A DNA stretch of 64,000 bases, filler included, from Sphacelaria rigidula (lineage: Eukaryota), in the NCBI GenBank assembly GCA_964200075.2. It is 4 parts of 4 records of this genome, joined end to end, with 100 filler letters (N's around TTAATTAATTAA, not from the genome) between each part and the next. Parts side by side here need not be neighbours in the genome. Positions count along the whole stretch, not along the records: positions 16,083 to 32,052 come from CAXNAA020001535.1; positions 32,153 to 48,118 come from CAXNAA020001536.1; 2 more parts are not named here. One strand, given 5' to 3'. Positions within the stretch are counted from its first letter, which is position 1, and every line of letters starts with the position of its first letter. The translations under genes and the position numbers were made by a program. The notes beneath the pieces are model-generated. The model saw only the letters and a program-made list of their open reading frames with translations. It was not told where the DNA came from and made no database searches. Shown in pieces: positions 26,801 through 40,400 of the stretch.

Positions 26801-29800
26801 TTTTCAGAGCATGTTCGCGGGTCTAAATATTTCGCTCCGCGTAGAAGCAGCGCCTGAGACCAAGTTTGAAAACTAAAAATACCTGGGGATCTCCTGAACC
26901 GGAGAGTACCGCATTCGCACCCCGTTCGCAACTGTGATCCTCTCGCCCCGGTGATCGGCAGATAGCGTACTTGGATAAGCTCATCACTCTGGTGGGAACG
27001 TCGCTCAGTACTTTCGTGGACGCGAGACCGGCGAAAGTTGTGGCAGGGTTGGAAGCCGAACACACGAATCGGATGTTGCAGCTTTTGGCGCTGGCAGCTA
27101 CAGAACGCCCAGATTCCACAAGGTATGAGTGCAAGTAGTCGTTTTGCTCCTGGGGATACATTTCGGGTCCAAAAACAAGAAGGGATCACTGACATGATCT
27201 CTCCAGGGAAAAGGGACGAATTTGGAAATATTGGAGGCCAGCACTATCGCCGAAATCTTTAGCTGGTACGACTGATATCTGGTGAGGCCGGAGATTGAGG
27301 GTCCGAATCCTGGAAGGTGTGGTTCCACCGCTTTTGCACGAGATGCGTATGATTTTCGTTTTGAAAACGTGAGGACGTGAGTAGCGGAGAGACTGTTTGA
27401 CGAGGGTCGATGACATGCGGGGGAATTGTTGATTGATTGATTGATTGTCGAACAGTAACTGATCCCAGGTAGTCATGATCCAGCCTTACCGTGGTCATGA
27501 TTCACGTGATAGACATGTCATGATCCACATGATTGACGTACTCGAGAAAAAAACAAAACTGGAACACGAGCTGCAGGAAAGTAAACAAAACAGAATAGTG
27601 GAACAGATACAGATAGAGTGATGCTACGGTAGGGGTGCACAAATATTTTCTGAGGTTAGAATGGGTAGGAGCCCTGTATCTCATCCAAAACACGCCAGCA
27701 TCACTATTCCAATGTGCTAGAGATTTCCCGAATGAGTTCACAAACGGGGATACCCTGACCCGTATTGTTGTGCACTAAAATCGTCAGGAGCCCCTGAAGC
27801 AGACAAGACTTCGCGCAAAAAAGCGCACCCCTACCGGAGCATTGCTCAATAGTAGACTGAATAACGAAGAAACGAAGAAACGAAGGAACGAAGGAACGAA
27901 GGAACAAACACACAAACTGATCCGATTCGCGGTACCAAAACGTGTGGCAAGTACCGAAAAACAGACGGGTTGAGCCCTCGCCTGACGTCTCATCGGGAGG
28001 CGGGGGGTGGGGCGTCGAAAGTATGGCCAGAAAAGAAAGACGCAGCGGTGCTGTGTGTTATAACTATTGTCATCACATTACTCATCATACTCAGCCAGCC
28101 TTTGAGATTGCTGCGCACCATCCAGACTCCCTTCGATTCGCACAGCGCCTTGCACATCCAACTACCTGCGCCGATCGTAATCACCACTCTTTCGCCACGT
28201 AATATTACTTGCTGACATTCACCCAGAAATCAAATGATGTTGCCCGCTAGGCGTATACGCTGCAACTTGTACGCGAAAAATAGTCATGAACGCTTGTCAT
28301 CCCACCTCCCCTCCCTTCCTGCCCAACAACTCCACTTTTGTTTTTCAGGGAAGTCGCAGTGGTGCTGGGTGCTAATCCCACTTCTGCCAGGCGACGGAGT
28401 TCCACGGAAGGAAGCGGGGGTGGAGACGGGCCGGATGCAGATAGGTGTGCGTATCTTCGGGGGAATTTTGACTGTTTCAAGTCGATCCTTGAGAGTGGGC
28501 GGGAAAATGGAGGGAGGATTTGCCGCAGTTTGCATATGTCATACTCAACGTTCACATACTTCTTCATCCCCAAACGTATTTCCCTTATCTGGGTCAATAG
28601 GTGGGATATTTCGTTGAAGGGACGATCTGATCTGTTATTTAAATCGAGTCGAACATACGCTTCACGACATGAAATATCAACCTCACGTGAAGGGTGATAC
28701 GCTGGGGGTAGTGAGCGAAGGGGTCAAAAGTGGAGGGTGGAGAAGTAGTACGCTTTAGCGTACTCTGTAGCCCTCTTGTGGCTCAGCTCTCGTCAGCACA
28801 TTTAATCTGGATTGCGATATTGCTACACGTGCTACTGCTGCAGAAGGCAGAGCGAGGGACAACAACAACAGCGACAACAACAGCAACAACAGCAACAACA
28901 AGCAGAGCAAAACCCGAGGCAACCACCACGTAGATCATCATCATCATCTGCCGCGGGCGAGACGGATAGGCCGGAAGTTGATCGCGGCGGATTGCGGGGT
29001 TCGTCTGCGGGAGAGGCCAAAGCGGATACAGGTTAGACGATACACGACACTCAGTCATCCTACGATCGGAGATAGATGACCGAAGGGCCGGGGGGGCAGG
29101 AGGGATGCTCAGGTCTTTGCCGTGAAACACAAGGTTCTGTGAGTACAGCTGCCTAACAATAAGAGCACCTACGGTAAAGTTGTTGCAGGCCTGATAGTAG
29201 AGCAATTCTACGTTTTTCTTCTCCAGAAACGCTATTTTCCTTCGCATCCCGTTCACGTTGTTGTACTACCGCTGGCCCCACGTCGCTAGAGAAGCTCGGC
29301 GTATCAAGAAATACCAGGGATGCTAGTCACGCGCCTTCTCCGTGTTAGCCGTCCCACGAATAACTCGCGGGTATTTGCTTCTGTCGGCAAGCGACTCATT
29401 CAACAAAACGTTGTGTGGAGGACATGTGCAGTCAACTACGCACACAAGTCGATGAAAATATCTAACGGTGGCAAAAGTAAGAGTGTCGAAAGGGGGGAGG
29501 GGATGGGGTACTCATTTGATGCGGAGCTTTGTCGCAAAAATCTGGAGCCACTTCTTGTTTACGTACAGTGGCTTTCGACTTCTCGCAGTATATTCACCAT
29601 GGTACCGTTAAGGAGGGTGCATGTAGAAATACTCCAATCAGTCGACCTGACGCCATACCAACGGCGATTTCATGCGCATGCCACGCCTTAGTGGTTGTGC
29701 TCGCTGTTAACAGAACTTAACAGACCCTCAGCCGCTGCCCAGTAACCTCACAAGTCGCCCCTTTGTAGCCAGCCGGCTGCTACTCGGAGTCTCACCGTTA

Positions 29801-30205
29801 CAGAAGAAGTCCGTAAAAGTCCCACTCCGGGTACGTTTCCGGCCAAAACATCCCACTATATGCAGTAAGGGACAGGGCTTACAGTTGACGAATACTCCCA
29901 GAACGTTCTCCTTTTTTCTGTTAGAGTTTCGATTGATGGATACGAAGTCCATTGGAGTCCCGATTCATGGACACGGAGTGAAGGCACGATCAAAGCTTCC
30001 GTACATCTCTCAGTGAAAAGATGGAACCAGTCATCACTCCGTCTGACTCTGCGGCAGGTGTCAAGCCTCAACCTCTTGCCGACGACAAAACGCCAGGAGC
30101 TTCTACTGGCGATGAACCACCACCACGACAATTTGCGGACACGCAGGCCGATGCGGGAGGCGACGGAGAGACCAAACGGACCATGCGTCCTCGAACCGCT
30201 CGGAG
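20888..30205 (+). CDS. IFT54: Intraflagellar transport protein IFT54 / TRAF3IP1 (MIP-T3), partial; two tandem N-terminal CH-like domains
   Basis: Exons ~20888-21012, 21299-21464, 22285-22638, 23332-23461, 24343-24416, 24834-24953, 25636-25707, 26962-27122, 28349-28444, 28844-29031, ~30014-30205. Family motifs [46 protein letters not shown] occur twice; RPRTARR follows. Start exon not found, a phase mismatch remains between 29031 and 30014, and the C-terminal coiled coil was not found before the contig end. Confidence 0.9.
27621..27842. mobile_element. MITE, second copy of the 10686-10938 family, in an IFT54 intron
   Basis: ATGCTACGGTAGGGGTGC ... GCACCCCTACCGGAGCAT, with a similar interior. 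Confidence 0.7.
28859..28900 (+). repeat. Coding CAA/CAG repeat (polyQ) in the IFT54 linker
   Basis: [14 protein letters not shown] within exon 28844-29031. Confidence 0.8.
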
Positions 30206-30435
30206 GTACAGTGCGCGGCAGCGGACAAGACTCTAGTAGGTAGTACGCTAGCGGAACGTATGTATACGTATATATACAAGGTTTTCGGCGGCTTCCGCTG
30301 CCACAGTCAGCATATCAATTCGAAGATAGTTGATGGATACATTGAAGTAACTCGTTCCTCGTCCAGTCCCTATAACATGGTAAAAATTAGACCCCATCCC
30401 AACGTGTCATGGAGGCCCCCTCTGCTTGTTACATA

Positions 30436-31047
30436 CTTCCTTTGTGCCATAAGTACAGGTCCTTATGGGCGTTTAATCGTTTGGGTATTTCAACGTGGAC
30501 GATCATCCTATGGTTGGGTTCGTTAGAGAGATGAAGCGCAGACGAAGCTGATGAAGAAAAAATAACGAAATTAAAACTTGTTTTTATCACGAAAATTATG
30601 TCGAAAAATACCCCATTTTGACCCTCTTTGATCCATTTACACTTCATCATTGACCGATTTTGGACGTTTTCACGTCGAGCACTAGCAATGACATGCTAAC
30701 AAAACGTTGGATAGGACGCGCGTAGGTTAACATCACGGACATGTCCAAAATCAATGGCGATTTCGCTATTTTCATATTTTTTTGGCCCATTTTTCGCGAT
30801 TTTTCGTGTCCCCGGATCGTTCATGTTTTCCTGGGAAAACGAGCGAAAAATGGCCGTTTTTGGACCGACCTACTTTTTCTCGGCCGCGCGGCTCCATGGG
30901 TCATGGGTCAAGCGCCCACGTTGCAGAAAGAATGTCGGTTTTAGCTCAAACAACACCGACGAATGCAATAAAAAAATCGAAAATCAAATATCACACCGTT
31001 GAGGGTCCGTGCAATCATAAGGGCCTTCACTTATGGTACAGAGGAAT
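30436..31047. mobile_element. Mariner/Stowaway-like MITE with ~30-bp TIRs
   Basis: TA|CTTCCTTTGTGCCATAAGTACAGGTCCTTATG ... CATAAGGGCCTTCACTTATGGTACAGAGGAAT|TA. Confidence 0.7.
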
Positions 31048-32052
31048 TATTCACTAAAGTAAGCATTCGACACACGTACTATTACAATGTCCGCGGTGCT
31101 CGTACCGAGGGGTACTTCCGCAATATTCTATTTTTATACCAAATGGTTGCGGGTCCAATTCTGACTCGAATCGAGGAAATGAGCATATTTCCGACCGTAA
31201 TACACGCTACACGCTCTATCGACGCGTTTGTGTGTTCGAGCACATCACCATTCGTGTGTAACAGACGGAAACAACAGTAGTATACACGACCCGTGTGGTC
31301 ATGTCTGGAAGGGAGGGAAGGAGCCATTTTCAGTATTTGTTTGCATGTCCCAAGTATTCCAAGAAAACTTTGATATCATCCAATCATATTGCCTTTCACA
31401 AGGTATAGGCCAAAAGGAGGGATATTCACGGTAAAAAGCACCCCGCGGGGACGACTGTTTTCTCGTCCCCTGCGCCAAGGGCGAAAACCCGGCGTGCTCC
31501 GTCCCGGCTTTGTAGGGGCGTCGGTTGGCGATGGCGCTGTAAAGCACGCCACTCACTGCGTAAGCCAGGCAACCAGGTTACCGATTTTTCGTTGCGCGCT
31601 TGCGTTTTTTTCCCGGTAACCATGATGGTGGTCGAGCTCTATCACATTATGCGGCGTCGGAAAACCTCAACTCCACACAAAGAGGATGATTGCACTACGT
31701 AGTGTTTGAACGGTGAGACACCCATGAGGCAGTGTATAAGCGGTGGCTGTCTCTGGAAGTGGCGATACCAGAAGCTGAAGCAACTCATTGTAGACTGTCA
31801 TCTAATCAGTACGCTTCGGGCCGAACAATCTTGGCAGGATGCAGCTCACCCTCGCCGAACACACCACGGCGCTTCGCGCTTGGTGATCAAGTGCGAGCCT
31901 GGTCCGGCGAACACCCGGCGTGCTCCGTCCCGACTTTCGAAGGATGCGAGGTCAATGGTCTTATGACCATGGCATGCATGATCAAAAGTACTCCCCCCCC
32001 CCCACAAATGCGAGATAATCAGTAGGCTTCGGGCCGAACAATCTTAGCAGGA

Positions 32053-32152
32053 NNNNNNNNNNNNNNNNNNNNNNNNNNNNNNNNNNNNNNNNNNNNTTAA
32101 TTAATTAANNNNNNNNNNNNNNNNNNNNNNNNNNNNNNNNNNNNNNNNNNNN
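32053..32152. other. Artificial contig spacer
   Basis: N44-TTAATTAATTAA-N44. Confidence 0.97.
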
Positions 32153-32468
32153 CACGACGGGGCACGCAGCACACGGAGGTGGGGAGCGGGGGGGGGGGGG
32201 GGGGGGGGGGGGGGAGGGGCAGGATTTTTTTCACCACATATTGAAAAAACCCGCGCAAGAATTCGCTGGCGAGCAAAGTTTGATCGTTCAACCTGAAACA
32301 GCCTGTGTCAAGAGCTGAGTGTACGATCCGACAGCACTTCTTTTCCAGGCAGCTTTTTTCACGTCATCACGATTGACTTCGAACGTGTTCGGAGTTGTCA
32401 ACCACGGAAACGTCAATCGACGCGTAAGCCTCGCATTGAGTATTGCATATTGCAGGTCACCGACTCAC

Positions 32469-33844
32469 CACACGGAACTGAATAGCGCGCTCTGGTTCCA
32501 GCAGCTGTTTCGCAATCCATGCGTACTTTGGAGCTCGGTCGAACACAGGGGCAAGGGCGGGCAGAATATCCTCCAGCGACTGTAGGAAGTCGGTTGAGTG
32601 AGGATCTTTTCGCAACGCCTCGCTAATGCTGGAAGGGCAAGAACAAAAATAAGAACCGTTACTTGACGCAATTGCAACTACACGGAGGATCACGATTGTG
32701 AACTCAGCATGGTACTGAACCGATACTGTACAGTACTGATCTATGTGTGTGGAGTACAACGATACAACATACAGCATATCAACCATTCGTCGTCAGGCAG
32801 TTGCAAGATGAGACATCGATCTACCGATGGTGATCGACCACAGCACAAATTAGCGACAACTTGACGACACTGCTGTATGTGGTACTTCATACTGCATACC
32901 TTTTTATACAACAGTAATGCAGACAGGTACAGTGGTACTGGAGATGTCCACCGGGTCGGCGTGTCCGTGTGCCAGATGCACCTAGATTCACCGACACATC
33001 TACATCAAGGTAGGCGCTGTATTGCATGTCACGATTCACGCAACCGAAAACTCAAAGGGACGAACGCGCACACGAGAGTAGAAAATCTAGCCGCTGCTGC
33101 GGACTCGCCACTCACAGCATGTCCGTCGCCTCTGCCCCGGTTTTGAAGCGTTGATCTCCCTGGGAATAGCAAGAAAAAGCGGTGCGGTGCAGAGGGAGGG
33201 TGAAAACAAACCAGGCACATCGGCAAGCTGCGTGCATTTTTTCTCGCCGACGATCATGTATGATCATGTGTGAGATCAGAGCACAAAACGATCCAATTCA
33301 GAAAGGCACACACCAAGACTTTCGAACTCGAACACAACATTACATTTTGGGTTCGGAATTACGGCCCAGAGAAGCATCGAGCTTTGGCATTGTCGTTGGG
33401 TGGAACACAAGGTGCGGCTCACAAATGCAGAAACACAAAAGCAGTACACGACCTGAGACAGACAGGCAACAGGAAGCGTGACGGATTTCTGTTCAGGTGC
33501 TTCACGTGCATGTACTGTTTGTTTACAGCATGATAGTAACGAGACGCAACCTACAGTACGGCAATGAATAGTGCACCGTACGGCATTGCAGTAAAAAACA
33601 TGCGTGTGTCGGCGGTGCGTTTTTCTACTAAGAGCAGCAACAAGAGTAGTACCTCGCGCCTGAAGAGAGGCTTGTTCCGCCACGTCTTCTGCCCAGAGCG
33701 CGATCCATGGACACCACCGAAGGTATAGAGGGGGGAGAGAGTCTCGGCCTTGACGTTCAACGCAGATGGTGTCTGATGCAAGCCACGGGTTCCAACTCGG
33801 GCAACAAGTCGTGCTGCTTGCACCTTGACGCCCTGTTGAGCCAT
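32469..33844 (-). CDS. Glutamate dehydrogenase (NADP-GdhA-like family), 5' two exons only
   Basis: Exon 32628-32469 encodes EALRKDPHSTDFLQSLEDILPALAPVFDRAPKYAWIAKQLLEPERAIQFRV (the GdhA N-terminal EPERxIxFRV motif). Probable first exon 33844 to 33660 or 33653 encodes an Arg/Ala-rich, acid-poor presequence-like N-terminus. The rest is cut off by the contig end. Confidence 0.8.
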
Positions 33845-34469
33845 GGCAACACCCAGCTATTCTTCCAAGCCAGCTGTTGAAAACACCTCACGCAAAGCAG
33901 AGGAGGGCACAGATCAAGTATAAAATTCAATGTCGCCAACAACAGGCGGTCTGGAGTGCAGAGGAAGCAGTCCACTTGCAGCCTTCGAGGAACTCAGTGA
34001 CCAACTCCGGAGTTACAGGAGGTGCAAGTATGAGCAGCCGCTGCGTATTGGATTATGACTGTTTGCGACGTACTACTGATTTGGATTTCAGAGAGTCTCT
34101 GCGACGTAAAAAAGCGGGTAAAAAAAGAATGCATTGCAGTGCGGACGACAAACGATCCAGAAACAGACCCAGCTTATTAACTTCGAGTGATCGACGCGTT
34201 ATATTTTATTGTGTAGAGTACTACACCGTGCTTTATTTACAAGATATACATGCATATACTTTTGTGGTTTTAATCGGAACCATTTTTATAGCTATACAGT
34301 ACAGTACATCGAAAATCGATCAACGGGAGCTGATGTGGGCGAAGTCACCTCCTTCTCCAAACTCAGGTCAATGTTCAGAGTTATAGTGGCGAGGGCAACT
34401 ACGCACGCAGCACACAACAGAGCGGGTGCGGAGAAGTGTGGCAAACAGCGTTTGAAAGCACGAGGAAAT
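33845..34469. promoter_or_regulatory. Probable bidirectional promoter / 5' UTR region between GDH (-) and SRRM1-like (+)
   Basis: Divergent ATGs at 33844 and 34470, 625 bp apart. Inferred from gene layout only. Confidence 0.5.
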
Positions 34470-37400
34470 ATGTCGTCTGGTTTTTTTCGAGGAACTAACA
34501 CAGGTCAGCCTCGTCAGTTGCTCTTGACGTTTGGCCCACCTGACTGTTGTGTGCGTTTGATGCGGTGGCCGCGCGCTGGACCCGCTGAGGAGTAGCTGAG
34601 ACTGTGCTTTTCCCTGTCCGTAGCGCACCATAGATGCTCTTGGACAGTGATCAACGGACTGCAGTTAGCAAATGCTTTCCTTACAATGTGAACGACTTTA
34701 CTCTGTGTGCATTCTTTCCGTGGCTTTGCTTTTTGCACAGAGCAAGACAGTCGATGGGGAGATGCTGAGAAGAAACTTCTTCGTCGCACCAAGTTTAGCA
34801 AGGTCTTGGAGCAGAAGGTTAGCAAAGAAGGGGGCCCTTATGCTGTTGCTGCGAGACGATATTCACTGTAGAGGACGTGCTCCACTGCACTGTTGTACTA
34901 ATAGTCTGAATCATCCTCGTTTCACTCCGAAAATACTCTGGGTACATACGTGACGGCGAATAACACCCCCGTCTTGGACCCTTGGGTTGGCAAATTTCAA
35001 TGACCTGGGTTTTGTTCGGAGGGGGTGTACTCACCATACTTGAGAAAGAGGGTTCACCCCGCGCACATAATCACTGACGAGATCCTGTTTCCCCCCTGTG
35101 TAGGCGCCTTGTAGAGGAGAAAGCGTACCAGGTGGCTTTCGCTAGAGAGTGAGGATACCAGCACGGCATCAGCAAGCTGATAACGTGGTGACGAGGACAA
35201 GAGTGTGCTCTAGCGTTCCAAGGTTTCTGCAATGTGCAGTCTTGCACTTTTGTATGCGTGATTTTCTTCGAACCGCCGTGCAAAATCGTGTGGACCTCTG
35301 CACAGGTGAACATGAAAAAAGTCAACATGGACGTGATGCAGCGATGGATTACCCAGCGAATAACTTCGCTGCTTGGCTTTGAGGACGATATCGTCGTCGG
35401 TACTTGTGTCAACTACCTTTCAGAAGAGGTACGCCCCCACCTTTCTGCCATAGCGTCTTGTCGAGACTTCGCGGGCGGCATTATGACCGTGAGCATTTGG
35501 TGTTCATTTAGGGGACATGCAGTAGATTTGGTGACTTCAGCAGTCCTGTGGATTAAGCTTGAGTCGGCGATCCTAACCCCAGTTGCTCCCGTGTTCCAAT
35601 GACGAAATGCTTGGTTGTTCAGATATTTGTTGTTGAGGATATTTCGACTGGAAAGTGATGCCCCCGGTGCCACCGGACCAACTCGAGGCCAAATAAACAG
35701 TTTTTCGTGAATCACCAGGGAGGCGCATATTCTACGGTGGTTGGATGTGTATCATACTTGCCAAGCAACAGATGTAATGTTTGAACACAAAATGCATGAC
35801 ATTTGTTTGTGGGTCACTTTCTATTCGGTGTAGATCCGAAAGTCTCTGTAATTTGGCGCTCATGAATTTCCCCTTCACAGCCTACGCGCGCTGTGTGATT
35901 CTTGCGCATAGGGAAAATTGGACCCGAAGAAGCTCCAGCTGCAACTAACGGGATTTCTCGAGAAGTCTACGAGCACTTTTATGGAGGAACTTTGGGGGCT
36001 CTTGGTAGATGCCCAGAACAGCCTTGGAGGTATTCCGTCGGCCTTCTTGCAAGACAAGAAGCAAGAGATGCTCCAAGCTAAGGCATGTCATCTGTTCATC
36101 GGACGGAAACGCTATACTGGTGTTGTATTCCTGATCGGCAAAATAGACAACTTCCGCTTTGCCGAAAACAGACCGTGTTCTTGGTGATCTCTCGTGGTGC
36201 CTGATGGCACACAGCCGTCCTAACACCAAGTGGGTTTGCGTCATCCCAGCGCATTTCTTCACGATATACGCGAAGCGCGGTTCATTTTTTCATGTCGGAT
36301 GCCCATTGATTCCCTGGACCACGCAACCGTTGTGTTTTGTGACGCCGTAGTTCTTTCCAAGGTTGTGTTCTGTAGGGTACGGGTGTGTTCGATAGGGTAT
36401 GAGATTGCTTCCAGAATTACTGAAATATCGGGCAGCGGTATGAAAGTCTCACAGAAGTTACACAACCTGTCGGGTAGGGTATGGGAGGCTTGCAGAACTC
36501 ACAGAATTGGTCGGGTAGGGTATGATGTCGCACAGAAAACGGAAGCCGCAACCGGATACTTCACGAGGATTTACCCGCGCTCCGGGTAGGGTGAGTATTT
36601 TGAACAAACAGAACTTACGAGCTGGGCCAGCCGAGAGACGGATTTGTAGTTTGCAGGCCCATTCACCGGCGAATATTTAGAGTTGGACCCTGAAATTTGG
36701 TATGGACAATGAATAGGGCATAATGAAAGCACGTACCAGTGCACAAAAGTTTGTTGTCTTGTTCATGCGTTAAGGGCATTTTATTGATACCTGAAAACTC
36801 ATTATTGCCCTTAACTCATGTAAAGGAAAAAACCTTGCGTGCACTGGTATTTGTTGATATTATGCTCCATTCATTGTCCATATCAAATTTCAGGATCCAA
36901 CTCTGAATATTGGCCGGTAAATGGGCCGTTTAATGACGGGATGAGAAGAAATTCGGAACAGTATTCTGCAGGCCACTTACCGGCTAACGTTTGGTGTTTG
37001 TGTATTGAAATTTTGTGTGGGTCGCGGCTAGGGCATATTTGACAAAACAAAGTGGGTCAGTTAGTTTTTTCATTTTTTTCACTGGTTCAAGGCGTTCTAG
37101 TATGGAAACGACCATTTTTTTACGAGAATGCCCGAAACTCTCCGAGGGCCCATTTTTTTTATTTTTTTTGTTCAGCATACCTCTGGGGTTCTTTATGCTG
37201 AGTTCCGAATCATAATTCTAAAGATCGAGCCAGAAACTTGGGATAAGGCTTGAGAGCAGTGTTCATTTCTCCTCAAAACTACCCTCAAAACGGGAAAAAA
37301 ACGCGAAAGAAAGGAAAGAGCTGCTTTTTTTCGCTTTATTATGCATCCTCGGTTTTCCATACGAAATTTCATATTATACGATAACTCTCAGAAACTGAGG

Positions 37401-40400
37401 CGCAATATCCAGATTTAGTTCATCTAGGGCCTATGCTCGTGATATATTGATTTCAGTATGGAAAATTAGGTGCGCCATATCTCGAGAAATATCACGAATT
37501 AGGTGAAGGGTAGGATATCTATCGTCTCCCCGTGCTCCAGGGAGTGTCCACCCCAAAAATCGTCGTCACCCGCTGAATGTATCGATCGGGGGTTTCATGG
37601 AGATTTTAGTATGGACGCTATCTCTGTACTGTATAGGAATTACTCGACATCGGGTTTAATCAACGAGAAGATATTGGCCCAAACTTGTGAGCAGATCGGC
37701 ACCTTCCCCAGATTGAGCGATTGATACGATATGAGGATTATGGGCCAACTTGTCCATGTCGATGACATATTGCTTCAAGAGCTTAAATTCGTTTGTAGGC
37801 TGGCTCAGCTCGTACAGAACTGTCGGGTTTGAAACTGCTACAGAATTTTCAAACTTGTCGGGTACCTATTTAAAAGTCGCACACAAGTTACAGCACCTAT
37901 GGGTAGGGTGTGGAGGTTGTACACAAAACCGTACCCGCTACTGGGTATTTTTTGTAATGGTACACCACTGCCCCCCCCCCGCCCAGCGGTCAATGGTCCA
38001 ACGACTACGGCAAGCAACAAGTGAGTACGCGGTCAGGGTATGGGAGGTTTACAGAACTCTCAGAACTATCGGGTGGAGATATGAAAGTCCTACAAAAGTT
38101 ACAGAGCTGTCGGGTACTGGTATAAAAGTATTTCAGCAAGTCACAGAACTGTCGGGGGTACGGGTAATACTCTAGAAAATATCCCGGGTATACAAGAAAC
38201 CTTGCCCTACAGAACACAACCTTGGTTTTTTCTACATGTATTTAATGCGCATCTACAGTGCCCCGAAGAACCACCTGCCTCGTCCCCACGTGCTTGCCCT
38301 GTCGTATTGTTCGACCAGGAGGAGCAGCGGAGGCAGGAGGAGGAGTTGCACCGCAGGCTTACCGAACATCAGCAGGAGATGGAACGATCAAAACTGTCGG
38401 CAGACGGGTGAGTTCCACCAAGGAGACGGCCAGTTGTTGATTGATATGTTGAAAACTCTAATCTTCAGCATAGTGATTGCACTCTAATAAGATTCCGTCC
38501 TGAGTGGTGAACGAGAGATGAATAAAGTTGCCTTGGACATGGTGTTGTTGTCTAAATTCATGGTGTCTGCGCTACGTGTGTTCAACCTGTCTGCTCAGCA
38601 GTGTAGCTGCTGATGGTGGGAGTTCTAGCAGTGTCTTGGAACAGCTTCCGCGGCAAACAACCAGAGAGGGGAGACGCGCCAGCCGGTGGGGCAAGCCTGA
38701 CGCTACAAGATCGGCTTCGAGCAATGAAGCACCCATCTTGTCAACGAGCATGGACGGTGCCGTTGAAAATACGACCGAGGTGTGAACATGTTGTTACAGG
38801 CTAGGTCAACATGTATGTGGTGTGTCTTGGAACGATGAGCTAGCGTTGATTGCAACTCGATATACTGCTACGCTGTTCTGTACCAGTTGTGTTTTCTGTG
38901 CGTTCTGCCATCAGAAACGCATATAGAAATCGAATCAGAACGTTCAGTAGGGATGTATTTCGCATCTTCATGTCGCACAGTGCCGGTGTTTGTGAGCAAC
39001 CAGGACTGAAATACAAATATAGGCGGAGAAGTCATTCCAGGTTGATTGCACCCACTCGTTGTCATGAGCTACTGTGGGCGTTTCAATACCGCTGCAGTTC
39101 TTCGAGGTCAGAACAGCTCTTCAGCTGCAACTTTCATTCAACGCCCACGTGAATCTGCGCTCGTTGCCGACTTTACCCCCCATTGGAACTATTGGTGGTG
39201 CCGTGCAAGGTTCAGGGAGGCTCGACGTCGGGGGTGCTTGCCAGTCCAGCAGACGTTGCCGGTCCAGGAGACGCCCCACGTAATGACGAAACCGAAGAAG
39301 CGCACCACAGGCAAATATCCCTTCTCAACACAAACGTACACGCGCTCAGGCTACTTCTCATGTATCGAAAAAATCTTGTTGAAAAGTGCATTTTTGACCC
39401 TTCCTCATCGTTTTTCGCCCGAAAAGAGGGCCAGACGGATGTTGAACGACTTGCTGTGCTCGTTGAGACCGTTCCGGAGCGCCTTCGCGTTTTCCGTAGG
39501 TGACGATTTTGTTTTTGATCCAACTTGCATTTAAAAAAAACAGGGGGAAAACTGCCATTTTTTTTTATAACTTGACGGTTTGATATTGAAAATGCAACTT
39601 TGGTCAAAACAAAAATGTGACTTGCGGGAAACGCAAATGTGTCTGGAATGGTCTCAATGAGCACAGCAAGTCATTCCAAGGTGTTAACACCTACCTCCCT
39701 CGCCCTCTTTTCGGGCGAAAAACGATGAAGAAAGGTCAAAAATGCACTTTTCAACAAGATTTATTTTCGATTCATAAGAAGTAGTCTCAAGGAGGTATTA
39801 CTCGTACTTCAAAATCGAGGACGTAATTTTGCGTTGTGTGGCATGTTTGATGATTCGCCTTGAGCTGCAGAGAGCGTCTGATATTTGCCCCCACATGTTG
39901 ACATGTAACTCTACAAGCCAAGCTCGGAGTTTCATCGGTGTTGCGAGTGATTTTCATTATGAAATATGTCCGAACTGACAACAACGTGTGGTGCAGTTGA
40001 CTCCGGTCACTGTGTGAACGCCATGAAGTGGTCGAGTCCTCGATAGCCAGTCACACTTCATCACTTTTTTCACAGGAAAGAAGCAACTGAACCATCGTAA
40101 CCGAACACATCACTGTGGACACTTTCTTTCCGGTAACAATCAACCTTTTCCTGGAGGTGCTGTGAGTTTTGTCCAAATGTATGTAATGATTAACTGCTCT
40201 GCGCCGAGTTAAATGACCACAGTGTGCGCGCAACTGTTGCTGATTGCGCATGCTTCATCCAGACGCGAGAAGTCGGCCGACAGGAGCGAGAGTGTGGAGA
40301 GTATGAGGAAACTCTCCGGGAGCCAGCGTGAGGACACGGATGAAGATGTACCAAAGGGGAGGAAACGCAAGTCTAAGAGCAAACATAAAAAAAAATCAGA

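Noticed and set aside
36400-38170. Regularly spaced ACAGAA..CGGGTA repeats as a CRISPR-like array
   Set aside because: Degenerate subrepeats inside a TIR element in a eukaryotic intron; no unique spacers or cas genes.
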